Shown: in pieces, positions 26,010 to 33,468 of the stretch
Position numbering within the stretch: position 1 is the first letter of the stretch
How the letters are laid out: each line of letters begins with the position of its first letter
Assembly: GCA_000999595.1 (NCBI GenBank)
Contig: LCJH01000008.1
Coordinates: 1 to 55,896, forward strand
Source: Microgenomates group bacterium GW2011_GWA2_44_7
Lineage (GTDB): Bacteria; Patescibacteriota; Microgenomatia; GWA2-44-7
DNA: 55,896 nucleotides
Reading direction: 5' to 3'
Notes under the pieces: generated by a model
What the model saw: only the letters and a program-made list of their open reading frames with translations
Database searches by the model: none
Told to the model about the DNA's origin: nothing
Position numbers and translations under genes: made by a program

Positions 26010-26750
26010 TTAAAGAAATCTAAAACTCGAAAAGACCTGGTTAAATGCTTTGGCGAAATCTACACCATATTCAGGAGAATCTGGTTGCAAATTGCCAGGG
26101 TTTTCGGATCCATACGTGAGCACGTAATATTTTCCGTTTTTATTAAGGATTGTCATTCTATCTTCTCCCTCAGAGTCTCCACTTTGTGAATAATTATGGA
26201 CAGTAATACCACCAATCACGCTGTCTGCAATACGAGTGTATTTCGGCGCAAAGTTAGGGTTACTCCAGATTTCTCCTACCTTGAGTGAATAAATATCATC
26301 CAAAAACGTGTCAAGTCCTGAAGTTTTGCGGGTGACTACGCTAAGTTGATTGGTGGGTCGGTATGACTCGGTTCCAGCAACTTGTAGGGTAATTAGTAAT
26401 TCTTTATTGTAATACTGTCCTTGATAAATCCCGCCCTGAACCACGAAATTGTCTGGGTAATTAAATGTAAATGCACTAAAGGGATCTGTATACAATTTTC
26501 CACTCATAGCTGTCTGGGAGGCGGGCAAAGAAGAAGGACTGGATTGTATCTGACTAGTTTGCTGCTCTTGAAGCTGGTTGAGCTTTTGTTGTAGTTGATA
26601 ATTTTGGTAACCAAAATACACTAGCCCCCCGGTCATAAGAAGAAATACAAGACCGACAACGATTATTAAAGGTTTAATACTTTGTTTTACGGGGGCCGGA
26701 GAAGAAGCCGGTTGAGTAATTGTTGGTTGAGGTGCAGATTGTTCTTCCAT
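26010..26750 (-). CDS. Hypothetical membrane-anchored extracytoplasmic protein
   Basis: Pro/Ser/Gln-rich N-terminus, one TM segment (LIIVVGLVFLLMTGGLVYFGY), then a ~170-aa domain of unknown type. Confidence 0.5.
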   Translation of the reverse strand: MEEQSAPQPTITQPASSPAPVKQSIKPLIIVVGLVFLLMTGGLVYFGYQNYQLQQKLNQLQEQQTSQIQSSPSSLPASQTAMSGKLYTDPFSAFTFNYPDNFVVQGGIYQGQYYNKELLITLQVAGTESYRPTNQLSVVTRKTSGLDTFLDDIYSLKVGEIWSNPNFAPKYTRIADSVIGGITVHNYSQSGDSEGEDRMTILNKNGKYYVLTYGSENPGNLQPDSPEYGVDFAKAFNQVFSSFRFL

Positions 26751-26963
26751 AATTTCAGTTTACTCTGTTTCTCGTTTCTGTTGCAAACTGTCCATTTCTT
26801 TCGCTTTGGAGCTGGTAACCGTACTTCGCTCGAACTCGCCTCGATTCGACGATCGAGTCGAAGCGGGCCTATCAAAGTGTATCACGCGAGAGTCGGGTTT
26901 AGAACCTTTAACATTAAAAGAACACTTTTGCATACCCAATTTCGCAGTACTTCAAAAACCTTG
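26751..26963 (-). repeat. Intergenic element copy R3 (5' of the hypothetical gene)
   Basis: CGCTTTGGAGCTGG 26802-26815, hairpin 26838-26868, GGGCCTATCAAAGTGTATCAC 26865-26885 and TTTAACATTAAAAGAACACT 26907-26926. Confidence 0.75.
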
Positions 26964-27815
26964 TTAAGACTTAACCGATTTGGTAAGGTAATCACGGTCT
27001 GCCTGTGTTATCCCTTCCATGTCGTTGGTCGATACTATTTCATCAAATAGTTTTATGTAAGCATCAATAGTGTTTGATAATGCCGTTGTATATGATTCTT
27101 TATTGTGCCCTTCTGGTACTGTTTTTTCTAACATATTTAGAATCTCTGGAGTGAATTTTGCTTCGAGACGCCTGTTCCCTTCATTCACTAATCCCAATTG
27201 ATAGCAGGCTAACCTATTCAAAACATTACTCCGCATGTATTCGATAGCGTCCCTTGCTTCCCACAGTTCACCTCTCTTAATTTTTCCATGTGTATAAACA
27301 ATCCAACCCCAAAACCTATCTTCAAAGTATTGGAGATTGTCTGCTGCAGGTGAAACGTCTTCGGTAACCCCTAAACAAGCTTGTTTCCAACTATTTAATT
27401 CGCCTGTTTTATCAAGAACTATAAATGCACCTTTCCCTTTAGCCACAGGTTTTAAATCTTCAGAAATTTTGTACTCATAATCAACGTGAATAGGATAACT
27501 GCCTATATAAAAAACAATTATTTGATTTGGGTTTTTAAGATGAGTAGCTGGAAACTGGGTTGCAACTTCAGCAATGCCTTCTCTTAGTTGTTGATGGTCT
27601 TTTATAACCGTTTCTCTTTCTTTAGTCGGAACAATTAAGTTGATGTCCAAATCTGAATATAGATCGGGAGATCCGTTAGCAAATGAGCCTGTTAAATAAA
27701 TCCCTTGTACCCGATGATCTGCGGCCAGTAAAGCTACAGCTTTCTGTAGGATTTGATAATGTTCCGGAAATTTCTCAAGTTTTTCTATCGGTAAAGAGAC
27801 TGATTGTAAATCCAT
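26964..27815 (-). CDS. Nucleotidyltransferase-domain protein, aminoglycoside 6-adenylyltransferase (ANT(6)/AadK)-like architecture
   Basis: GSFANGSPDLYSDLDINLIV (NTase G-S...D.D). The C-terminal helical region FWGWIVYTHGKIKRGELWEARDAIEYMRSNVLNRL resembles the AadK family. The substrate is not inferable. Confidence 0.55.
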   Translation of the reverse strand: MDLQSVSLPIEKLEKFPEHYQILQKAVALLAADHRVQGIYLTGSFANGSPDLYSDLDINLIVPTKERETVIKDHQQLREGIAEVATQFPATHLKNPNQIIVFYIGSYPIHVDYEYKISEDLKPVAKGKGAFIVLDKTGELNSWKQACLGVTEDVSPAADNLQYFEDRFWGWIVYTHGKIKRGELWEARDAIEYMRSNVLNRLACYQLGLVNEGNRRLEAKFTPEILNMLEKTVPEGHNKESYTTALSNTIDAYIKLFDEIVSTNDMEGITQADRDYLTKSVKS

Positions 27816-28060
27816 GTAACTTATTGATGGTTAATATAAATAACTTCTCACTTCTGTTAGTAGTCGTCACTTTCGGAGCTGGGACCGTAATTAACTCGGA
27901 CCTGCCTGCCGGCAGGGCCTATTTGGCCAGGACGAGTATATCAAACAATCTCTACTCGACCCAGATTTCTCACTTATCACTAAGATAAAAATCGGTCCTC
28001 GCTATTACATAACAGCTGATTAAATTCTACAACTTCAGGCTTTAAAAGAACATTTGAAGA
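27816..28060 (-). repeat. Intergenic element copy R4 (5' of the nucleotidyltransferase gene), most divergent
   Basis: CACTTTCGGAGCTGGG 27868-27883, palindrome CCTGCCGGCAGG 27905-27916, GGGCCTAT...GAGTATATCAAAC 27915-27946 and TTCAGGCTTTAAAAGAACAT 28034-28053. Confidence 0.7.
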
Positions 28061-28099
28061 TAAGGTCTGTCAACAAATGGGGTAAAATTAGTTTGCTAT

Positions 28100-28453
28100 A
28101 TGAGCAAATATTTCCATATGATCTGGTATTTCTCCCTTCCGATTATTTTTCTGATTGTTATTGTTCACTTTTTGAAAGATATTACTCAAGACATCCTTAA
28201 GATTCATACTTTCTTAGACTTGCTCGGAAATGTAAATGAAGATTTATCAGTATTTCCACCATTCATCAGACAAATAATTGTCGCTTTAGGATTTATTTCA
28301 ATTGGAATTGAAGCGTTTCTAATCGCGGCAATACCTAAAGTCATAAAAAATAAGGAAAGTTCAAAACTCGAAAAGTATGTAATAGCCTCTCTTTTATTTT
28401 TGGTAATTTATTTCTTATCTGTAATTCTAATGGATCCACGCTATCGTCTGTGA
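28100..28453 (+). CDS. Hypothetical small membrane protein (3 TM)
   Basis: 117-aa ORF with hydrophobic segments. No motif recognised. Confidence 0.45.
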   Translation: MSKYFHMIWYFSLPIIFLIVIVHFLKDITQDILKIHTFLDLLGNVNEDLSVFPPFIRQIIVALGFISIGIEAFLIAAIPKVIKNKESSKLEKYVIASLLFLVIYFLSVILMDPRYRL

Positions 28454-28608
28454 AATTGTTACAATCCTCCGCCGAGAATAAAATTAAACTACCGAATGAT
28501 CTCGGAGTTTATTCGCCTGTGGCGGAGTGAACGAACCCTTTTTAGGGAGCTGGCAGCACAAAATACTAGTTAGTGATCTGTCTTAGTCGCATGGACTAAA
28601 ATAAAAAA

Positions 28609-29421
28609 ATGTCAATAGAAATATTGTCTTGGAATATTTTGAGTGGTGGTTTTAAAGATTACGGTAGTCCAGAAAAAAGACCTGAGCGAATTGATGGATT
28701 AGCTAGTGTTATCAAAGAGCTGAAGCCAGATATTGTCAGTTTAGTTGATACCCATAGATGGACAGACATATTTACCGTCACCCAGCTTAAACAAATTTTT
28801 GGATATCCTTTCGTTCAACCAATAAAACTGGATGATGAAAGATTAATTGGGATAGGGCACGACAACGGCGTTACCGTTTTCTCTCAAATCGCCGGAACGG
28901 AAATGCAAACAATTTGGCTAGCTACCCGAAATGCTATTAAAACTAAAGTTGGCGGAATAGATATTTTTACTATTTATCTTGATGACGTAAATGAAGATAC
29001 CAGGATAAAGCAAATAAAAGCAGTTTTAGAATTGGTAGACATCTATACCCCTACAATAATTACAGGTGATTTAAACACCTTTGACCGTGGCGATCTGGCA
29101 CAAACCAACAAACAGTTAGAGGTATTAGGTTATAAGTTCCCTGGACCTATGAAAAGTATGAAAAGATCATTAAATGAGATGAAACGGGGAGAGGTAACAA
29201 AAATACTTGTTAACGCTGGTTTTATTGATATGGGTAAAGGAAAAGGTAACACTGTTCCGGCAAAGTTATTTCCGCTTCCCGTAAATGATCCAGTACTCAG
29301 ATTAGATTATGCTTTCGGAAACAACCTAATAAAGCTAGAAGAATTCAAGGTTCTAACTGACGAAAAATACGGAAATCTATCTGACCACTATCCGATTTGG
29401 ATGCGAGTTTCCAGTTTGTAA
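28609..29421 (+). CDS. Endonuclease/exonuclease/phosphatase (EEP) family protein
   Basis: SWNILSGG at the N-terminus, GDLNTF, and LSDHYPIW at the C-terminus. Confidence 0.75.
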   Translation: MSIEILSWNILSGGFKDYGSPEKRPERIDGLASVIKELKPDIVSLVDTHRWTDIFTVTQLKQIFGYPFVQPIKLDDERLIGIGHDNGVTVFSQIAGTEMQTIWLATRNAIKTKVGGIDIFTIYLDDVNEDTRIKQIKAVLELVDIYTPTIITGDLNTFDRGDLAQTNKQLEVLGYKFPGPMKSMKRSLNEMKRGEVTKILVNAGFIDMGKGKGNTVPAKLFPLPVNDPVLRLDYAFGNNLIKLEEFKVLTDEKYGNLSDHYPIWMRVSSL

Positions 29422-29567
29422 CCGACAGGTATTTTTTCTTAAGGTCGATTCCAGTATCTGGTCAATAATTTTCTAGGCTAACAATTTGAGATGCAAAACA
29501 AAGCCTCGGACTCGAAAAAGTCGAATTTATTAAGGAAAATAGTAATGTTTTGAATTCGATTGCCGTA

Positions 29568-29641
29568 TGGAGCGGGATACGGGAGTCGAACCCGTCTTTA
29601 TACCTTGGGAAGGTATCGTTGAGCCGCTCAACTAATCCCGC
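29568..29641 (-). tRNA. tRNA-Gly (anticodon CCC), CCA encoded
   Basis: Minus-strand fold: GCGGGAT-TA-GTTG-AGCGGCT-CAAC-G-ATACC-TTCCCAA-GGTAT-AAAG-ACGGG-TTCGACT-CCCGT-ATCCCGC-T-CCA. Confidence 0.85.
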
Positions 29642-29904
29642 ATGTTTTTGAGGTACACTTCGAGCCTTCTTTTGATAAAACCTCTGCCGAAACCTGTTTT
29701 TAGCTGACCTTCTCGGCGGATTGAATCTGCTTTACAAAGGCATGCTTCATAGTATACCAATTTTAACTTGTCATATCTTTTTGTAGATGGAACTTCTTTT
29801 AAACGGTGTGAGGCAATCCTCCCTCTTAGATCAGCAGTAGAGCCTACATAAAACATCGACAATTTACCCTTGGCAAAACACTCTAAAACGTACGTATAAA
29901 ACAT
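29632..29904 (-). CDS. GIY-YIG nuclease-superfamily protein (COG2827-like small ORF)
   Basis: FYTYVLEC...LSMFYVGSTADLRGRIASHR...LVYYEAC...REGQLK. The ORF is open from TTG at 29952, but the ATG at 29904 matches family N-termini. The stop codon TAG (29632-29634) lies inside the tRNA-Gly gene. Confidence 0.75.
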   Translation of the reverse strand: MFYTYVLECFAKGKLSMFYVGSTADLRGRIASHRLKEVPSTKRYDKLKLVYYEACLCKADSIRREGQLKTGFGRGFIKRRLEVYLKNMRD

Positions 29905-29974
29905 GCTTTTACCTTGCCCGCCGAAAGTTTCACATTCAGGCGGGTCCGCCAATATACAACTTATTTTTGGCGGA

Positions 29975-30008
29975 GGAAGGTATCGTTGAGCCGCTCAACT
30001 AATCCCGC
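29975..30008 (-). repeat. 34-nt exact duplicate of the tRNA-Gly 5' half (positions 1-34, ending inside the anticodon)
   Basis: 29975-30008 is identical to 29608-29641 (ggaaggtatcgttgagccgctcaactaatcccgc). Confidence 0.9.
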
Positions 30009-30143
30009 TTTTCTCCTTTTCTCCATTGTATACTTCGATAACTCAAGGGATAAAGCCACGCAAAACCATCTCTTTCAGCACAGAAACAATTATCTCATAT
30101 TGCTAGAGAGGTGTGACGAGGCTAACTTGACTTTAGATCTTAT

Positions 30144-30728
30144 CTAGCGGGGAACTGTTAAGGCTAATCCTTGGAACAGGCGGTTTGGATTTGTTCCGAT
30201 CTTGTCTTTATTGGCATTATAAAGAGCGGTCCATTTATAACCATCACCATAAGCAGCCACCGCGATCTTCCAAAGGGAATCACCCTTTACAGTGGTATAA
30301 GAATTTCCTGTAATTGTTGTCTCAATTTTAGGTTTTTGGGCAACAACTTTAGGAGTTCTAACCGGAACATCCGGGATAGTCAGTTTTTGTCCTGCGACTA
30401 TACGGTTAGGCTGGTTTAAATTATTCGCCTTGGCAATGTCAACCCAGTTGTATCCGGAATTATTAAAATGTTGCTGAGATATTTTCCAAAGGCTGTCACC
30501 GCTTTTAACGGTGTATTCCGAAGGCAGCTTGCCGGGTGTATTTGTTGCCTGCGGTGAAGTTACGCTCTCAGTTGCAGATTTTGGAAGAATTGAGCCAAGA
30601 TTATTTCGATTATTGACCCATCGAAAAGCCAGGATGCCGATAATCAAAACGACAACTGCTCCTAGTAAAATGCTTAAATTTGATTCATTTAATTTAAGCG
30701 ACTTTAAAGCGGTTTTTAGTTCAACCAT
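30144..30728 (-). CDS. LysM-repeat peptidoglycan-binding protein
   Basis: N-terminal TM segment. Two LysM modules (YTVKSGDSLWKISQQHF...GQKLTIP; YTTVKGDSLWKIAVAAY...GLALTVP). Confidence 0.8.
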   Translation of the reverse strand: MVELKTALKSLKLNESNLSILLGAVVVLIIGILAFRWVNNRNNLGSILPKSATESVTSPQATNTPGKLPSEYTVKSGDSLWKISQQHFNNSGYNWVDIAKANNLNQPNRIVAGQKLTIPDVPVRTPKVVAQKPKIETTITGNSYTTVKGDSLWKIAVAAYGDGYKWTALYNANKDKIGTNPNRLFQGLALTVPR

Positions 30729-30773
30729 TTCAAGAAGTCTCCTTTCTAGGGCAGAAGTAAATTGTGATAGCTG

Positions 30774-30849
30774 CGGACCCGACCGGATTCGGACCGGCGA
30801 TCTCGTCCTTGACAGGGACGCGTGTTAGGCCAGGCTACACCACGGGTCC
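30774..30849 (-). tRNA. tRNA-Asp (anticodon GTC)
   Basis: Minus-strand fold: GGACCCG-TG-GTGT-AGCCTGGCCTA-ACAC-G-CGTCC-CTGTCAA-GGACG-AGATC-GCCGG-TCCGAAT-CCGGT-CGGGTCC-G. Confidence 0.85.
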
Positions 30850-30975
30850 TCACGATTTCTCTTAGGTGTGTTAGACGAGATAGATATTCAAGGTCCAACA
30901 TAAACCAATATAACAAACCATAACGGTCTCGTCAATTACATATGATATAGTTGATGTCATAACAGACTTCAGTTT

Positions 30976-32820
30976 ATGGCTTATAATAACCGACTTTCCA
31001 ACAATCAGATCTCCCACCTACTCCGATCAGTTGCTGCCGTATACGCCTTGAAAGGGGAGAAGTTTACGTTTCAGTCGATTGCTTATCAAAGAGCGGCTGA
31101 CGCGGTAGACCATGTTACATCTGAAATGGCAAGCCTTTGGGAAGAGGGAAAATTACAAGCAATTCCAGGGGTTGGTCCATCGATTGCAAAGCACCTAGAT
31201 GAGTTATTCAAAAATGGTCGGTCAAAACACTTTGATGAGCTTTTAAGTAGTTATCCCCAAGCAACATTTGAACTTATGCACGTTCCCGGGGTGGGGGCCA
31301 GAACAGCGATAAAGCTATCAAAAGTATTAGGCATCTCACGGGCAAAAGGGGCGATAGATAGACTCGAAAAGGCAGCTAAAAAGGGAAGAATTAGAACAAT
31401 TGAGGGCTTCGGAGAAGATTCTGAGCTAAAAATTCTTAAAGCCATTTCAGAGATTAAATCGCGAGAAAGAAGAATGCTTTTACCCTACGCCGCTGAAGTG
31501 GCCGATGATCTAATTAATTGGTTGAGGGCCAATGCTAAAGTCGTTCGTGCAGAGCCTTTGGGAAGCCTAAGGCGAGGAGTAGCCACCGTTGGCGATATCG
31601 ATATCGCGGTATCTACCAATGACCCCAAGAGTGTTATCAAACATTTTACCCAATACCCAAAGAAACAACGGGTGGTAGAAGTCGGTCCGGTGACGGCAAG
31701 TATTTTACTGGGTTCAGAAATTCAGGTTGATCTTTATACACAACCACCAGCTTCATTTGGATCATTATTACAGCATCTCACAGGATCAAAACATCATAAT
31801 ATCGCGCTACGCACCTATGCCTCAAAAATTGGGTATAGTCTTTCTGAATATGGAATCGCCAAGCTCCTGCGCGGCCAGAAAATAGATGCCCAAGGAAAAA
31901 CTCAGGGATTACAAAAGCACCAAGAAGGGAAGCTCAGCAGATTTGAAACTGAAGAAGAATTTTATCAATTTTTGAAAATGGATTGGATCCCTCCCGAAAT
32001 GAGAGAAGACAAAGGTGAAATAAAGGCTGCACTTGAACATAAATTACCTTCGCTCGTAAGTATTGGCGATATCCGAGGCGATCTACAGATTCATTCAGAT
32101 TTTCCGATCGAACCCAGCCATGATCTTGGGATTGACTCAATGGAATCAATTTTAACCGAGGCGGATGCTCTCGGCTACGAATATCTCGCTTTCACGGAAC
32201 ACAACCCAAGCGTCAGTGGACATACTCCCGCGCAAATCGTAGATTTAGTCAAAAGAAAAGAAGAAAAAGTAGAACAAATAAATTACTCACGTGTAAAAGG
32301 CTATGAAAAAAGAGTAAAAAGAGTATTCAACTCGTTAGAAATTGATATAAAGCCAGACGGTACGCTTGGCCTTCCGGAAAAGGCGTACGAACACATAGAC
32401 TTTGCCCTAGTCTCAATTCACTCAAGTTTTAATATGGGCAGAGACACAATGACCAAAAGAGTGCTGGAGGGACTAAGTCATCCGAAGGTTAAAATACTTG
32501 CCCATCCGTCAGCAAGAAAACTTAACGAACGTGAAGGAATAGATGTCGACTGGGAAGCGATATTCGAATATTGCGTGAAAAATAACAAATGGCTCGAAAT
32601 AGATGCTGAACCGGCAAGGCTCGATTTATCTGATTCGTTAGTTTTCGAAGCGGGTAAACGTGGAGTGAAGTTTTCCATGGGGACAGATAGCCATAACAAA
32701 GAGATGTTAAAAGGTATGAAGTACGGAGTCACCGTCGCACGCCGAGGATGGATTACTGCTGACCAAGTTATTAATACACTGACGCTGGATCAAATTTTAC
32801 CCTTGCTACCCTTAAGTTAA
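30976..32820 (+). CDS. polX: Family X DNA polymerase with C-terminal PHP domain (PolX)
   Basis: HhH motifs (IPGVGPSIAKHL, VPGVGARTAIKL), pol-beta NTase GSLRRGVATVGDIDIAV and a PHP region (HSDFP..., FTEHNP, SIHSSF, HPSAR). Confidence 0.85.
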   Translation: MAYNNRLSNNQISHLLRSVAAVYALKGEKFTFQSIAYQRAADAVDHVTSEMASLWEEGKLQAIPGVGPSIAKHLDELFKNGRSKHFDELLSSYPQATFELMHVPGVGARTAIKLSKVLGISRAKGAIDRLEKAAKKGRIRTIEGFGEDSELKILKAISEIKSRERRMLLPYAAEVADDLINWLRANAKVVRAEPLGSLRRGVATVGDIDIAVSTNDPKSVIKHFTQYPKKQRVVEVGPVTASILLGSEIQVDLYTQPPASFGSLLQHLTGSKHHNIALRTYASKIGYSLSEYGIAKLLRGQKIDAQGKTQGLQKHQEGKLSRFETEEEFYQFLKMDWIPPEMREDKGEIKAALEHKLPSLVSIGDIRGDLQIHSDFPIEPSHDLGIDSMESILTEADALGYEYLAFTEHNPSVSGHTPAQIVDLVKRKEEKVEQINYSRVKGYEKRVKRVFNSLEIDIKPDGTLGLPEKAYEHIDFALVSIHSSFNMGRDTMTKRVLEGLSHPKVKILAHPSARKLNEREGIDVDWEAIFEYCVKNNKWLEIDAEPARLDLSDSLVFEAGKRGVKFSMGTDSHNKEMLKGMKYGVTVARRGWITADQVINTLTLDQILPLLPLS

Positions 32821-32855
32821 GTGATAGAATGTATAGTGTAAGGAGGTGATAATTG

Positions 32856-33443
32856 ATGCTACTAACTGTTTTATTGGTTATTGTCATCGGGCTTGGGCTT
32901 TATGTGTTGACGGTTTATAACGGACTTGTCACCAACCGCGTTCGAATCAAAGCCGCCATCCAAGAGATTGGAAATCAACTAAAAAGACAAGCAGATCTTA
33001 TCCCAAACCTCGAGCAGTCTGCGCACGCCTATCTTAAGCACGAGAAGGCCATTTTTGATAAATTAACTTCAGCCAGAAAAGCGGTTGAGGCAGCGGTCAA
33101 ATCAGGCGATTTAAAACAAATGTCTCAAGCCGACGATAAAGTGCAAGCACTTGTTGGCGGTCTAAGAGTTATATTGGAGAGCAACCCGGAAATGAAAGGT
33201 GCTGATGTCATAGGCCAACTCATGGAAGAGCTGCGAGATACCGCTGATAAAGTGATGTATTCGAGGCGCACTCTGATTGACCTCACGGCTGATTACAATA
33301 CTCAACTATCTACCTTCCCAAGCAATCTTATTGCCACAGCTTTTCAGTTTACACCCGAAGCAGGGCTAGAAACTCCAACAGGGGGAGATTTTCTTAAAGT
33401 TGCAAGTGAGGAAACAAAAACCCCCAGAGTCAAACTGGAATAA
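32856..33443 (+). CDS. lemA: LemA family protein
   Basis: N-terminal TM segment then YNGLV..R..V. AGGAGG SD at 32841-32846. The ORF also opens at TTG 32853. Confidence 0.8.
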   Translation: MLLTVLLVIVIGLGLYVLTVYNGLVTNRVRIKAAIQEIGNQLKRQADLIPNLEQSAHAYLKHEKAIFDKLTSARKAVEAAVKSGDLKQMSQADDKVQALVGGLRVILESNPEMKGADVIGQLMEELRDTADKVMYSRRTLIDLTADYNTQLSTFPSNLIATAFQFTPEAGLETPTGGDFLKVASEETKTPRVKLE

Positions 33444-33468
33444 TCAATTGTAGGAGGGCAGAGCAGAA

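Noticed and set aside
26682-27050. 122-aa plus-strand ORF (and the similar ORF at 27683-27988)
   Set aside because: Both run across the repeat elements R3/R4 and antisense to well-supported minus-strand genes. Their composition is low-complexity, Arg/Leu/Ser-rich. They are judged to be shadow ORFs.
25199-28060. Integron gene-cassette array, with the repeated elements as attC sites
   Set aside because: There is no tyrosine-recombinase/IntI gene in the window. I could not find RYYYAAC/GTTRRRY core sites at the element ends. The elements precede each gene, including the first, and none follows the last, which is the opposite of attC placement.
17058-28060. CRISPR array
   Set aside because: The repeats are either only two units (17065-17205) or separated by whole genes (R1-R4). 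There is no series of short identical repeats with regular 25-50-bp spacers, and there are no cas genes.
28467-28527. Nested complementary segments (CTCCGCC...GGCGGAG, CCGAGA...TCTCGG) downstream of the small membrane gene, as a structured RNA or terminator
   Set aside because: The helices are short and partly mutually exclusive. No U-tract follows, and there is no second copy for comparison. The evidence is insufficient.
29608-30008. Intron (group I or archaeal-type) interrupting tRNA-Gly in the anticodon loop
   Set aside because: The downstream copy is a complete tRNA, not just a 3' exon. The 333-bp insert is almost entirely ORF and leaves no room for a group I ribozyme core. No bulge-helix-bulge motif is apparent.
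29914-30147. 77-aa plus-strand ORF
   Set aside because: It spans the duplicated tRNA half and intergenic DNA. It has no motif and no plausible start context.
30511-30828. 105-aa plus-strand ORF
   Set aside because: It is antisense to the LysM gene and overlaps tRNA-Asp (30774-30849). It is a shadow ORF.
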